53,966 bases of DNA, taken from the IMG/VR virus record IMGVR_UViG_3300042885_002233, positions 1-53,966 of that record; one strand, given 5' to 3'. The notes below the pieces were generated by a model. That model saw only the letters and a list, made by a program, of their open reading frames with translations, ran no database searches and had not been told where the DNA came from. Within the stretch, counting starts at the first letter, position 1, and the number at the start of each line of letters is the position of its first letter. Shown here piece by piece: positions 18,544 to 29,655 of the stretch. The translations under genes were made by a program, and so were the position numbers. The DNA is from a virus. Taxonomy: Duplodnaviria; Caudoviricetes.

Positions 18544-19407
18544 ATGGCAAAAGAAACCTACACCAAAGACCAGCTCAAGCAGCTGGCAGCCGAGGCGGCC
18601 CGCAAAAACGGTATCGACCCTGTGTTCTACGTGGCTCAGATCGAGCAAGAATCAGGATGGAATCCGAACGCCAAGTCGAGCGCGGGTGCCCGGGGGCTGG
18701 CCCAGTTCATGCCCAAAACGGCCAAGTCATTCAACCTGAACCCGCTTGATCCCGTGGCGTCACTCGATGCCGGCGCCAAGTACATGGCCCAGTTGAAAAA
18801 ACAATTCGGCGATGAAGACACCGCCCGGTTGGCATACAACTGGGGCGAGGGTAACGTGGCCGAGTACCTGAAAACAGGCAAGGGTGCCAAAGGCCAAGCG
18901 CTTCCCAAAGAGGCTGAAGAGTACAACAAAAAGATTTACTCTCGCGCCGGTGCCAGCAAAGACTGGGGCGGCGAATCGCGACTCGCCGTGGCCGCGCCGC
19001 CCGACACCCGAGCCGTCGGAGTCATGGGCAAACCGATGGCCGCCACGCCACAAGTCTTTGAACAAGCGCTCACGGAGATCAATCAAGGTCTGCCGCCGGG
19101 CGCGTTACTAGGGCAGCAAGAGCCCGCTTCTCAGCCTTTCAATTTCGGCGCTGACACTGCTGTGGCTGCTGCGCCGCAAGACGACTGGCGCCAACGGCTG
19201 GCCCAGATGTCCCAAGGCCCGGAGCTAAAACCCCTGGCCTCGATGGAGGACCAGGAGAAGATGTTCGGCATGATCCAAGACGAGGCATCGCAGGCCCAGG
19301 ACCGCACGCTGAACAAGATGTTTGCTGACATGGGCGGCGTACAGCGCGACGAGGGCCCCCGCCTTCCGGCCAGCGTCGACCGGTACCTGGATAAACTGCT
19401 GTCATAG
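18544..19407 (+). CDS. Virion lytic transglycosylase (SLT domain)
   Basis: QESGWNPNAKSSAGARGLAQFMPKTA, GAKY and AYNWGEG motifs. Confidence 0.92.
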   Translation: MAKETYTKDQLKQLAAEAARKNGIDPVFYVAQIEQESGWNPNAKSSAGARGLAQFMPKTAKSFNLNPLDPVASLDAGAKYMAQLKKQFGDEDTARLAYNWGEGNVAEYLKTGKGAKGQALPKEAEEYNKKIYSRAGASKDWGGESRLAVAAPPDTRAVGVMGKPMAATPQVFEQALTEINQGLPPGALLGQQEPASQPFNFGADTAVAAAPQDDWRQRLAQMSQGPELKPLASMEDQEKMFGMIQDEASQAQDRTLNKMFADMGGVQRDEGPRLPASVDRYLDKLLS

Positions 19408-19449
19408 AGGTAGAATCGAGGCAGTTTCCACTCAGCCCTGGTCTGCCCA

Positions 19450-22400
19450 ATGTCCGATTTCCTCGACCCAAACAAGATCCTTCGTGAACTCCAGCAAAAG
19501 GGTTCGCAGTTTGACCCCGTGGGCGTGACCCTCGGGGACATCCCCTTGTTCAATCCCGCACCGGCGGGCCGCGGTCAAGCCGCGTTCAATCCCTACACCT
19601 CCCCCATCACCGACAAAGAACTCGGTGCCCAAGGTGGCGTGGACATGAGCACGTTCAAAACTGTTAGCGCCATGCAGAGCCAGGCGGAGCGGGAAGCGGA
19701 TCGCCGCGAGCGGGAAGCGGAGCGCAAAGCCCGTGCCGCGGAACGCGATGCGGCGAAAGATCTCAAGACATCCAAGGGCGGCCTGGACGACATCATCCGC
19801 AAAGACCTGGGCTTGGACCCTGCCAGCTCGGTTACCGCCACTACGACACTTGCTGGCGTTGGCGCGGCACCCACGATGCGAATCCGTGCAGAGTTGGATT
19901 GGCCAAGCGTTACCAACTCGCCCGAGTGGAAAGCCCTGCCGGTGGAAGAGCAGGCCAAGCAACGCCCGTTGTGGGTGCAAGCCCGCGTCGGCGAAGCGGT
20001 GGCTCGCGTGGAAGCGGCCGGCTACAAAGTCAAAGACAAAGAGATCGCAGAGCTGCGCAAAAAGTACGACGACCTGACCAAGACCTCGTTGTCGAAAAGA
20101 CCCGAAAGCTCGTGGACCGACACCGACTATTTCGACCGGGCGGTCAAGAGTGTCAAGGACGTGTATCAGGGTGCCCGTTTGGCGTACGGCGATACGGCGA
20201 CACGCGAAGACGCTTTGAAGCAACTCAAAGCCAACGATGTCGAGTGGCAAGCCAACATGAACGCCGTCACCGCCGACAATTTAAAGAAGGCGGCGATGTG
20301 GCGCAACGACATGCTCAACGCCACTGAAAAGACCTCGGGCAAACGCGAGTTGACCGTGGGGCAGGAAGCAGAGATCGCGGCCAAGGTGTTCAACCTTGAT
20401 AAAGTTGGGGCCATCTTGGGTAACCTGCCCACCACCTTGCTGTCTTTGGGGGTGTCAGCCGCAGGTGGATTGGCTGCTGGTGCTGTAACCGGTGGCGCTG
20501 GTGCAGCAGCGGGCGCATCGGCCGCTGGCGCTGCCGTCAACGTACCCCTCACGGTTGCTGACGTTTCGGGCGGCCTGGCCGATACGATCGGCAATATGTC
20601 GGAGCAAGATCTGGCCAAGTCGCCACGTTGGCAAGCGCTCTTGGCTGCCAACAGCGGTAACGTGAACGCAGCCAAGACAGCTTTCATTGGCGAATTGGTG
20701 GACGAAGCCAAGCCATTGGCCTCCGCAATCGGCGGTGCATCTGGTGCGTTGGAAGGCGTCATTGGTGCTGGTAAATTGCTGGGCGTGGGCAAGGCCGCAG
20801 CCGGAAACACCGCTGCAAAAATTACGGAACAGGTGCTGTCCAAAGTGGGGCTGTCTGGCGCAAGCAAAACAGCTGCGCTCAAAACCTTTGCCGCCAACAT
20901 TGGTAAACCTACAGCAGGGTTGATCTCCACCGCCACCGCAAAGGGTATCGGCGGGGAATTGGTACAAGAGTTTGGTGAAGAGGGTGCGGGTCAGGTTGCG
21001 CAAAACCTGGCCATGCGCGCAAAAGATTTGGAGACCGGTATCTTTACCGGTGCAACCGAAGCCGGTGTGAGTGGCGCTCTGACTGGCGCCGGTACTGCAG
21101 CCGGTGCTGCCGTCGGCAAATCGGCATACGGTTCGCTGCTTGGCCCGAAGCGCGATTCCAATGGCGATTTTCTGCTGGTTGAAAAGAACGGCCAGTTGAC
21201 ACGCACAAGCAACGGTAAACTCTCGGCCGCCTCCAATTTGGCAATTGATCAAAACTCCGGCTTGATGCGACTGGTGGATGCCGAGACAGGTAAAGACCCA
21301 GAAGCGAATGCGTTAACAGCGTATCGCAACAACGCCAACGTGTTTAGCAGGGTGGCTAGCGCACAAGGTCTTGACGTAGAAAAAGCGGGTCTGGTTGGCT
21401 CGGCCCTGGCCGCGTCAATGTTTGGCGACCAGGTATCGGCGGTTGCCACCCCAACGATCAACCTGCCGAGCGGCGTGCCAATTCAGTTTAGCGTTAACGG
21501 CAACGGCACAGTAACGCCCGTCATGCCCACAAACGCAACACCGCAGCTGTTGGCCGAGGCACAGAGTGTCGCCGATGCGGCAAACGCCGCAGCTGCCCCT
21601 GTGTTAGAACAAGTCAATGCTTTCTGGGGCCGCACAACCGGCGTTGCTCCTGCGCCTGGTGCATTAACAGCCCGAGGTGTTGTTTCTACGCAACAAACCC
21701 AAACAACCGGAGGCGCAAATGCCATTCAAGTCGGAAGCACAACGCAAGTTCCTGTGGGCAACGGACCCCAAGCTGGCCAAACGGTGGGCCAAGGAAACAC
21801 CCAAGGGCAAGCTCCCGCCCAAGGTCAAGCCCAAACGCAAGTAACGCCTGCGCCTGCGTTTGATACGCAACTGGAAGAGGCGATTCGGCTGACCGCGTAT
21901 GGCGATGAGCGGTCCTTGTTGACCAGCATCTTGGGTCAGCTTCGCAATCCGGGCACGCCTGCCAATGTTCGTCAGTCCCTGGAACAACAGGCACGGGATG
22001 TCATTCAAACAGCACCTCCGTTGGAGCAGGGTCAGCCGCTGCCCAGCGGCGTCTTGGGTGCTCGCGCATCCCTTGGTGAGAACTTCGGCGCAAACCGTCG
22101 TCCCGCCGTGCCGCTTGATGCGGCAACCGCCGCGGCCCGCGCTGCAATGGGAGACCGATCGGTGCCCGCGTTCACGCCACCACCTTTGCCAACGGTTACC
22201 CCGCCTACCGCCGTGCCTGCTGCGCCTGTTGTTTCTACGCAACAAACAGCCGCAACAACACCGCCTGCACCAACATTTACAGCCGGCCAGCAAGTCCAAT
22301 ATCAGGGGCAACCCGCAACAATTGAATCTGTCAACGAGCCTTTAGGGACAGTGACGTTGCGCTTGCCCAACAACTCATCGGTCGGTGTTAACCCAAGCGA

Positions 22401-25400
22401 GGTGACACCTGTTGTTTCTGCGCAACAGTCTGCTGCCGCTGCGCCAACTACGACCCTGAGCCAGCAAGAGCGAGAAGCCCTTGCCGCGGCAGATGGTTCG
22501 GTGCGTCGCTATCGAGACAACGATCGGTTGTCCTACTACGAAAAGTTGCGCGACATCACGAACACCATCAAGCGCACGATTACAACCAACCCGGTGCTCA
22601 ACGATCTGTATGTCAACAACCCGGGCGCGCTGCCAGAAAATCTACAGTGGGCTCGACTCAAGCTGGGCCTTGAGGTCGGCACCAACGTGCATACCGACAC
22701 AATTGGGGAAGCGGTTCGTGCAGCCACCGATCCGCTGACAGCCGTTGCTGATTCCAGCCGCGCCGGCACGGCCAACGCCAATGCTGCAGCAGCAGTGCTC
22801 GACATGTACGCCCAATCGGGTGTCCCAATGCCGACACTGGTATACAGCGATACGACTCCGCCTCGCGGAACTCGGGGCTCGTACTCTTACGGCGGCAATG
22901 CCCACACGGTGACGTTCTTCCGCACCACGACGTTTACGACCATTCCGCACGAATACCTGCACGGCCTGACCGCCAAGGGTTATGCGGCCATGCTCACAGG
23001 GTCACCAGAACAGCGGGATACCGCCGCCTTGTTGCGCCATCTGGCAACCCTGATGCCACAAGAAGCGTACATGACAGCGTTTGGTAATGCACAAAACGCG
23101 CCCTACGAAGCACTGGCTGAGTTGTTCCGGCCGGAGGCTGTTGCCTTCATGTCGCAGAACACCTACGACTTGTCGACCTTCCCACCGGAAGCGCGCCGCG
23201 CAGCCGAGCGCCTGCTGGCCGCGCCCCAGGGCAGGATCTTTGATTTGTTTATGTCGACAATCATCAGCATCCTGCGCACCATCGTGCCCACGCAGCGCCT
23301 GGCCGCCGTTGAGAACAGCCTCGCTGATCTGATGTCCCGCGTGGCCGCCGAAGCTGTGCAAGCAACGGTGCAACGCACCGGCGGTGTATCGCAAGACGGG
23401 GCGTTTGCTGCACCTGCTGCGCCTGCCGCATCGACACAAGCTGCACCGGTGGCGCCACCCGTGTTGCCCGTTTTGCCAGACGCGGTTCGACTTGAAATCT
23501 ACAACAACGCAGTTGCTGCGGGCATACCCGCCAACTGGTTACGAGATACGGCGCGTGGGGTTTATGTCACAGCGCCTATGAACAACCGGGGTGTCGCCGT
23601 TGTGCCGTCGCAGGGCCAACGGTTGGCCCAAGCGTTGCGATACGCAACCGGTTCAGGTTTGCCGTTTAGAGAAGTTACCCCTCCCAGCGGCGGCGGAATG
23701 TTTGTTCTGTTGACTGCACCAGCTGCACCTGCTGCACCAGCTGCACCAGCTGCACCTGCTGCACCGGTGGCGCCAACGGTAGCTCAGTTGGCCATCGGCA
23801 ACCTGAACCAAGCTCAGTCCATGGGGCAAGCAACCGGTTTGCGTGTCGGCGATACGATTACCTTCACGGACCCCATCGGGTATGCAAGCCCCCAAGTGCC
23901 GTATGTTATTGAGGATGTCGGTAATCGCCGCATAGACATACGCAACCCGATCACCGGTGGTGGGACTAGCATTGATGCGTCCGATCTTATCGGCACCGTC
24001 GCGCGCAACCCGGCGTTTAGTTGGACCATCGGGGCGCCAGCACCTGCTGCATCTGCTGCACCAACACAATCAAACCTATCCCCGGAAGCAGAGGCAATCT
24101 TAACCCGATTGGCGCAGACTGCGGTTACAAACGGTGTAACGAGTGACGTTTTGACAGTAATGGTGTCTAACGCTAGTGGCTTGCTCCCCGGGGTTGACAA
24201 CCCGGTGGCCGAGATCAACGCCGTGGCTTTTGCCGAGCAAGAGTTTCAGCGCCTTCGCGCCGCCCAGCAACCAACAGCCACTACCCCCGGCACACCAGTA
24301 GGCCCAGATGAAATGCAGCGCCGCCACGCAGCGGGCGAATCGCTGGCAAGCATATTGGGTGTACGAGCTGTGGGAGATATCTTGACTCAAAGCAGCGGCG
24401 CCACATACAGAGTGGCTGCGATAGTTGGCGATTCGCTTGAGCTGGTAAACATTAGATCCGACGGCACCGAAGGGCAAGCCCGAGTGTTCAGCACCCCCGA
24501 TGTTTTTAACGCACTGGGCTCAACACAAACCTTAACCGCGGGTACGGCTCCCGTTACGCCTGCTGCACCTGCTGCGCCAGCGTCAACGCCAGCACCAGCA
24601 CCAACGAACCAACCGTTGCGCAGCCTCGACACCCGGTTGCCCGGCGACTTGATGCGCACCAGTGAAACGTACGAACAACACCGGGTGAACTTTAGCCGCG
24701 ACTTGGATCGCGCAGCGTGGGTTGCGCGTGGCAATCGAGGTGTCACTGCAAGTGGCAATCCGCGTCGCGCAAGCGCCCGTGACGCACGCATGGTTGCCTT
24801 TGTGCGTTCAATCACCGGTTGGTCAGAATTCCAAGTGCGTCGCCACGGTGACCAAGTTAACAGCGCTGTCGCTGCAGCGGCCCGTCAAGCAGGTAATCCT
24901 GACAGTGACATCCGTCTGGCTATTCAGCCCATCAACGCTCCGTTTGGCACCGCCCCCGCAACGCCGCAACCCGGCACCTTGCTTGGGCGCACGCCTGCGC
25001 CAACGTCGCAACCCGGTTTGCCCGCAACGTACCAAGGTAGGGATAGCAACTCTGACAACGTGCGCGGCGTGGCTACGGGGATCAGCAACCCTGAGTTTTT
25101 GTCCCGCGCAACGCCGCTCGCGCAACTTGTGGTAAGCAACGGCGGTGCACGAAGCGACCGCTATCTGCAAGGCGCGGGTCTGCCAACCACCGTGCTGCCA
25201 GGGCTCGGCACTGATCGGCAAGTCGCCGATACCGCTGTGTCGGACTACCTGACCAACGGCTTGGCTCTGAACATGTCGCCTCAAGTACTGCTTGGCTCCC
25301 CTGCCGTTGGGGATACCATACAGATCAATGCCGCAATAGCTCCAAATGGACCCCGTGCAGATATCACCTACACCGTGCGCGAAGTTTTACCAAACGGCAG

Positions 25401-28400
25401 CTTGCGCGTCGAATCAACACAACTCGCTGGCACTTTCCGCGATCTACGCACAGAAGAGCTGCGCGATATGGCAGCTCGCGGCGCCCGCTGGACAATTAAC
25501 GGTACTGCGTTTGCTGTGCCTCGCAGCGCAGGCGCGGCGCCAACTGCCGTTAGCTCGGACGAACGAAAAACTGCGTTCGACACTTTCGTAAAAGATTACA
25601 TCTCTGCTGCGAACACCAAGCTGCAACAAGCGCTCGCGGGCACAACTACGCTTGAGGAAAAGCGTGCCGTGGGCAAGAACTTGTTTGGCATAAACCCGCC
25701 TCGCAGCAACGGGTATCTCGCGGAAATGAAAGTAACCACTGATCCCCGAGGTGGACTTACCGTTAGCTTTGCTTACAAAGACATGAACGGCGCTGTAGTG
25801 CACACCGGCGCTGCATCTCGCGATTTTCCTACCGGGCAAGTTCACTTCGGGGCCACTGGCTTGACTGAAGGGAGTGGCGAAGGCACACCTTTCTACGACG
25901 CTGTGTATGGTGCAGCAGTTCAAAGCGGTTTGCCTATTCAGGTTACCGGGTTGTACAACGCCAACGTGCGCCGCATGCCCATCAACAGGCTTCGCGCCAT
26001 CTTGCGGTGGGGCACCTACTTCGGTGACCTTAACCGCGCTCAAAAAGTATTGTCCCTTGAAACCGGGCAGATCAAAGATTGGAATACAAGCCAGCGCCTT
26101 TACGCCGGTACGTCTTCCGTAGACGGCCGTGCCCAACTTGACGGTTTGTTTGAGCACGTCGAGGCTTCGCTGACCTCAAGCCTGAACCCCAACGGCGGTC
26201 GCCCTATCGGCTACGACTTTGCTACCAACCAAGTGGTAATCGGGCCCAACCGCACACCCGTTCCGAACTTGTCAGACTGGTTGCGCACACAGTCGGCCAA
26301 CGTAACAGGTCAGTCGCAAGCCTTTGTGAACCGTCCCACTGAGGACAGCGTGCGCTTGGTCGGAATTTTGCGCGAGCTGTCTCGTGCCCCGAATCAAGCA
26401 GCTGCGCAACAGATGATTGATCAACTTACCAATCGTGCAACCGATCGGTTGTTTGACATGCCCTCCGGGGGTACAACCGCTGCACCGATCGACGGACTGT
26501 TTGGCGAACAAGCAGACGAAGCGCCGGTCGGGCCAGAGCCTACCAACGGCACGCCCCCTGGCGGCGGCGGCGGCGGCAAGAAGCTGCTGGCCAAGGGTAC
26601 GGTTGGGCCGCAAGCACAAGGCGACGACATCCTTTTCGATCGCGCACCCGGCGACTTCGCCATCGGCCAAGCCGCGATTCCCGCAACGGATGTTCGCGGT
26701 ATCACCCAAGCCTTGACATCACCCGGCCTGTCCCCCAGGGCCCGCGTGACAAAGGCCAAGCCGTTCTTGCGCAACATCTCGGACTTCGTGGTCGAGCAGT
26801 TCGCCGATTCCCTGATCCCCACGGTGCGCTGGATACAGTCACTGCCTATCGGCGAGCAAGTTAAAGTGAGCCTGCTTGGCTCGATGTACGCGGCTCCCGA
26901 TATCCGTGACACGATCCTTGAGCGTGCCGAGAAAGAGTTCGGCGGCGAGCAGTTGAACCTGTCTTTGAACACCATGTTCAACAAGCTGCGCCAGACCCGC
27001 AAAGATGTGACCCTCGAAGACGTGATCCAAGACGCCGGATACTGGGCCACTGCCCGGTATTCCAAGCTGAAAAACGAGCGCATGCTGGCCGCCGATGAGC
27101 AAGCCGTCATCGAAGCACAGACCCAGGTGGCCGCAGCCCAAGCGCTCAACGCTCCGCAAGCCGAGATCGCCGCGCTGCAAGCCGAAGTCAACCGGTTGGA
27201 AGGTATCTACGAGGACCGCAAGTTTGCCTTGGCCCAGCCCGCCAACACCAACGTGCACGTGGGTCGCCCCGTGCCCTCCGGTGAGCGCCCCCAGATCGGC
27301 CTGGCCGGCGGCTTTAACAACGCCAAAGCCGATGAGGTGATCGCTGCGGCCGAGCGCCAGTTCGGTGCCCAAGCCCTGCAAGAGATGGCCAAGCACCTGT
27401 ACAAGCTGAACGCTTTCCGCATGGCCACCGACATCGTAAGCGGGCGCACCGACCCGGCCCAGGCCGCGTTGTTCTCGCCCGAGTTGGAAGCCTTGCTGCC
27501 CGAGATGCAGCGTTTGGCGCAGATCAGCGCCGACCCCAACGGCAACCAACGTGCCCTGGATCAAGCACGCCGCGACTTTGTGAATAAGCTGGCCAACACC
27601 TCCACCTACGTGCCCACCACCGGCGACCCCGAGCAGGGCTTTGAGATGGACGTGCTGGGCAGCGGGTTCAAGACCCCCAACACCGCGCGCGACAAGCGCC
27701 TGCTGGGCCGCTCTACCTCGCTGGCCAACGACGGCATCACCGCATCGCTTGGCGGCATGCAGCGATCCGCCTCGGCTGCGGGCTGGAACAAGTTCACCGC
27801 CCAGATCGAGAGCGTCTACGACTCGATGACCGATGCGCAGCGCGACGACGCTGGCATTGCCCGCGTGCCGATTACCGCGCTCGACCGTTTGAGCGACAAC
27901 ATGATCATCCGCAACCAACCGGACGGATCGGCCGTTGGCTACACCATCAAGGACGGCAAGGTGCTGCAGGCGCTGCGCAAAGAGAACGTCGAGGATCGCT
28001 CTTCGGTGATGCGGGTCATGGAAATTCCCAACCAGATCTTCGCCCGTTTGGCCACCCGCTACAACCTGCCGTTCGGCCCGATCAACGCGCTGCGCGACGT
28101 GTGGGAGCGCTCCGAGAACATGCGTGCCCGCGAATACTTCACGCCCGGGGGCAAGAAGCTGGACTCCGACAAGCTGGCCCGCCGCATGATCGAGATCGCC
28201 CGCCAGCCCGGCGTGCTGAAAGACCTGACCTCGTACTACTGGGCCCAGGCCCAGGGCAAACCGCAACCCAATTCGGTTTACTCCAACTACATGCGCGAGT
28301 TCGAGGAACTGGGCGGAGGCGGCAGCAAGTACGGCGCTTCGATTTCCCGGGACCGCAAGAGCCTGGTGGCCGACGTGGCTGCGGCCAAGGGCGGCGTGAT

Positions 28401-29655
28401 CAAGCCAACCTACGAGTTCATCAACAAGTACGTCAACTTCTGGAACGATTCGTTCGATGGCGTGGCACCGCTGGCCGCCTACGTGGCGATGCGCCAAGGC
28501 GGCATGTCCAAAGAAGCGGCGGCCCAGGGTGCCAAGGATCTGATGAACTTCCGCAAGTCGGGCGCGTTTATGCCGCTGGTGCGAGCAATCTACGCCTTTG
28601 CCCAGCCTACGGTGACAGGTGCTGTCAACCTGGCCAACACACTCAAGACCAGGACCGGTCAAAAGCGTTTCATGGGTTACGCCGTGGCGATGTTTGCGAT
28701 CCAGTCTATCTTGGCTGCAGCCGGTGGCGAAGATGAAGAGACGGGCAAGAACCTGTTCGATTCGCTGGACGACTACGCCCGTGAGCGCAGCTTACCTTTG
28801 CCCATCCCAGGTACCAACGAGTTCTTGAAGATGCCTATTGGCTTCGGCTTGCCGCTGATGGCCCACCTTGCGGCCCTGCGCTCACGCGACCTGGCCGGTG
28901 GCGAGGCCACCCCGGGCGAGACTATCAGCTCGGTGTTGACGGACATCGCCCAAACGATAACGCCGTTGCAGGCATCCAAGATCGCGTTAAGCGATTCGCC
29001 GATTCGCGCCGCTGTGCAAACCTTGACGCCAACCTTTGCGAAACCAATCGCCAACATAGCGATCAACCGAGGTGGCCTTGGCCAGCAGATCGTGCGCGAA
29101 GAGTTCTTTGCCAAGGGCGACGAGGCACGCTTCCGAGCCGAGCAAGGTGCACCGCTGACCGCCGAGTTCTACAAGGACACGGCCAAGTTTGTGCAGTCCA
29201 CATTCGGCCTGGACTTTGCGCCAGAAGAGATCAAAGAACTTAGCTCCCTGTTCAGCTTGGGTCTGTTCCGTAACCTGCAGCAAGCGGTCATCGACAACCC
29301 GAACAAAGAACTGCAGGGTCGCCCAACCGCCACACCCATCATCGGTAGCTTCGTGGTCTCGGCAGACAATGCGCTGGTGCGGGATTCGCGCAAGTTCGAG
29401 GCGACCGCGCAGGAGCTGGTCAAGCGCCGCAACAGTAACCCCGAGACGGAGTTCTCGCCGCAGGAAGAGCAGACACTGGAGCAATACGCACAGTGGCTGG
29501 CCCTGGAAACAGAGTTCCGCAAACGCGGCGCTGCGCTGACACGGGCCGGGGTGGACAAGGGTGTCGATCCGGCCCGCCTGGAACTGCGTCAAGAACGAAC
29601 CGCTGCGCAAGCGGATCTGCTAAGACAGTTCAACGCGACTCGGCAAACACCTTGA
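19450..29655 (+). CDS. Giant (3401 aa) polyvalent internal virion protein with zincin motif and LPD38-like C-terminus
   Basis: N-terminal Gly/Ala hydrophobic region with E...E.GEE motifs, HEYLH motif, Ala-Pro linkers. C-terminal N..RD, A...K.L.NF.K.G and LKMPIGFG segments resemble LPD38-bearing proteins. Confidence 0.8.
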   Translation: MSDFLDPNKILRELQQKGSQFDPVGVTLGDIPLFNPAPAGRGQAAFNPYTSPITDKELGAQGGVDMSTFKTVSAMQSQAEREADRREREAERKARAAERDAAKDLKTSKGGLDDIIRKDLGLDPASSVTATTTLAGVGAAPTMRIRAELDWPSVTNSPEWKALPVEEQAKQRPLWVQARVGEAVARVEAAGYKVKDKEIAELRKKYDDLTKTSLSKRPESSWTDTDYFDRAVKSVKDVYQGARLAYGDTATREDALKQLKANDVEWQANMNAVTADNLKKAAMWRNDMLNATEKTSGKRELTVGQEAEIAAKVFNLDKVGAILGNLPTTLLSLGVSAAGGLAAGAVTGGAGAAAGASAAGAAVNVPLTVADVSGGLADTIGNMSEQDLAKSPRWQALLAANSGNVNAAKTAFIGELVDEAKPLASAIGGASGALEGVIGAGKLLGVGKAAAGNTAAKITEQVLSKVGLSGASKTAALKTFAANIGKPTAGLISTATAKGIGGELVQEFGEEGAGQVAQNLAMRAKDLETGIFTGATEAGVSGALTGAGTAAGAAVGKSAYGSLLGPKRDSNGDFLLVEKNGQLTRTSNGKLSAASNLAIDQNSGLMRLVDAETGKDPEANALTAYRNNANVFSRVASAQGLDVEKAGLVGSALAASMFGDQVSAVATPTINLPSGVPIQFSVNGNGTVTPVMPTNATPQLLAEAQSVADAANAAAAPVLEQVNAFWGRTTGVAPAPGALTARGVVSTQQTQTTGGANAIQVGSTTQVPVGNGPQAGQTVGQGNTQGQAPAQGQAQTQVTPAPAFDTQLEEAIRLTAYGDERSLLTSILGQLRNPGTPANVRQSLEQQARDVIQTAPPLEQGQPLPSGVLGARASLGENFGANRRPAVPLDAATAAARAAMGDRSVPAFTPPPLPTVTPPTAVPAAPVVSTQQTAATTPPAPTFTAGQQVQYQGQPATIESVNEPLGTVTLRLPNNSSVGVNPSEVTPVVSAQQSAAAAPTTTLSQQEREALAAADGSVRRYRDNDRLSYYEKLRDITNTIKRTITTNPVLNDLYVNNPGALPENLQWARLKLGLEVGTNVHTDTIGEAVRAATDPLTAVADSSRAGTANANAAAAVLDMYAQSGVPMPTLVYSDTTPPRGTRGSYSYGGNAHTVTFFRTTTFTTIPHEYLHGLTAKGYAAMLTGSPEQRDTAALLRHLATLMPQEAYMTAFGNAQNAPYEALAELFRPEAVAFMSQNTYDLSTFPPEARRAAERLLAAPQGRIFDLFMSTIISILRTIVPTQRLAAVENSLADLMSRVAAEAVQATVQRTGGVSQDGAFAAPAAPAASTQAAPVAPPVLPVLPDAVRLEIYNNAVAAGIPANWLRDTARGVYVTAPMNNRGVAVVPSQGQRLAQALRYATGSGLPFREVTPPSGGGMFVLLTAPAAPAAPAAPAAPAAPVAPTVAQLAIGNLNQAQSMGQATGLRVGDTITFTDPIGYASPQVPYVIEDVGNRRIDIRNPITGGGTSIDASDLIGTVARNPAFSWTIGAPAPAASAAPTQSNLSPEAEAILTRLAQTAVTNGVTSDVLTVMVSNASGLLPGVDNPVAEINAVAFAEQEFQRLRAAQQPTATTPGTPVGPDEMQRRHAAGESLASILGVRAVGDILTQSSGATYRVAAIVGDSLELVNIRSDGTEGQARVFSTPDVFNALGSTQTLTAGTAPVTPAAPAAPASTPAPAPTNQPLRSLDTRLPGDLMRTSETYEQHRVNFSRDLDRAAWVARGNRGVTASGNPRRASARDARMVAFVRSITGWSEFQVRRHGDQVNSAVAAAARQAGNPDSDIRLAIQPINAPFGTAPATPQPGTLLGRTPAPTSQPGLPATYQGRDSNSDNVRGVATGISNPEFLSRATPLAQLVVSNGGARSDRYLQGAGLPTTVLPGLGTDRQVADTAVSDYLTNGLALNMSPQVLLGSPAVGDTIQINAAIAPNGPRADITYTVREVLPNGSLRVESTQLAGTFRDLRTEELRDMAARGARWTINGTAFAVPRSAGAAPTAVSSDERKTAFDTFVKDYISAANTKLQQALAGTTTLEEKRAVGKNLFGINPPRSNGYLAEMKVTTDPRGGLTVSFAYKDMNGAVVHTGAASRDFPTGQVHFGATGLTEGSGEGTPFYDAVYGAAVQSGLPIQVTGLYNANVRRMPINRLRAILRWGTYFGDLNRAQKVLSLETGQIKDWNTSQRLYAGTSSVDGRAQLDGLFEHVEASLTSSLNPNGGRPIGYDFATNQVVIGPNRTPVPNLSDWLRTQSANVTGQSQAFVNRPTEDSVRLVGILRELSRAPNQAAAQQMIDQLTNRATDRLFDMPSGGTTAAPIDGLFGEQADEAPVGPEPTNGTPPGGGGGGKKLLAKGTVGPQAQGDDILFDRAPGDFAIGQAAIPATDVRGITQALTSPGLSPRARVTKAKPFLRNISDFVVEQFADSLIPTVRWIQSLPIGEQVKVSLLGSMYAAPDIRDTILERAEKEFGGEQLNLSLNTMFNKLRQTRKDVTLEDVIQDAGYWATARYSKLKNERMLAADEQAVIEAQTQVAAAQALNAPQAEIAALQAEVNRLEGIYEDRKFALAQPANTNVHVGRPVPSGERPQIGLAGGFNNAKADEVIAAAERQFGAQALQEMAKHLYKLNAFRMATDIVSGRTDPAQAALFSPELEALLPEMQRLAQISADPNGNQRALDQARRDFVNKLANTSTYVPTTGDPEQGFEMDVLGSGFKTPNTARDKRLLGRSTSLANDGITASLGGMQRSASAAGWNKFTAQIESVYDSMTDAQRDDAGIARVPITALDRLSDNMIIRNQPDGSAVGYTIKDGKVLQALRKENVEDRSSVMRVMEIPNQIFARLATRYNLPFGPINALRDVWERSENMRAREYFTPGGKKLDSDKLARRMIEIARQPGVLKDLTSYYWAQAQGKPQPNSVYSNYMREFEELGGGGSKYGASISRDRKSLVADVAAAKGGVIKPTYEFINKYVNFWNDSFDGVAPLAAYVAMRQGGMSKEAAAQGAKDLMNFRKSGAFMPLVRAIYAFAQPTVTGAVNLANTLKTRTGQKRFMGYAVAMFAIQSILAAAGGEDEETGKNLFDSLDDYARERSLPLPIPGTNEFLKMPIGFGLPLMAHLAALRSRDLAGGEATPGETISSVLTDIAQTITPLQASKIALSDSPIRAAVQTLTPTFAKPIANIAINRGGLGQQIVREEFFAKGDEARFRAEQGAPLTAEFYKDTAKFVQSTFGLDFAPEEIKELSSLFSLGLFRNLQQAVIDNPNKELQGRPTATPIIGSFVVSADNALVRDSRKFEATAQELVKRRNSNPETEFSPQEEQTLEQYAQWLALETEFRKRGAALTRAGVDKGVDPARLELRQERTAAQADLLRQFNATRQTP

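Noticed and set aside
26839-28662. 607-aa antisense ORF and other long shadow ORFs (6667..7710, 16690..18072, 13628..14593)
   Set aside because: They mirror real genes with strong codon bias and show no RBS or recognisable motifs.
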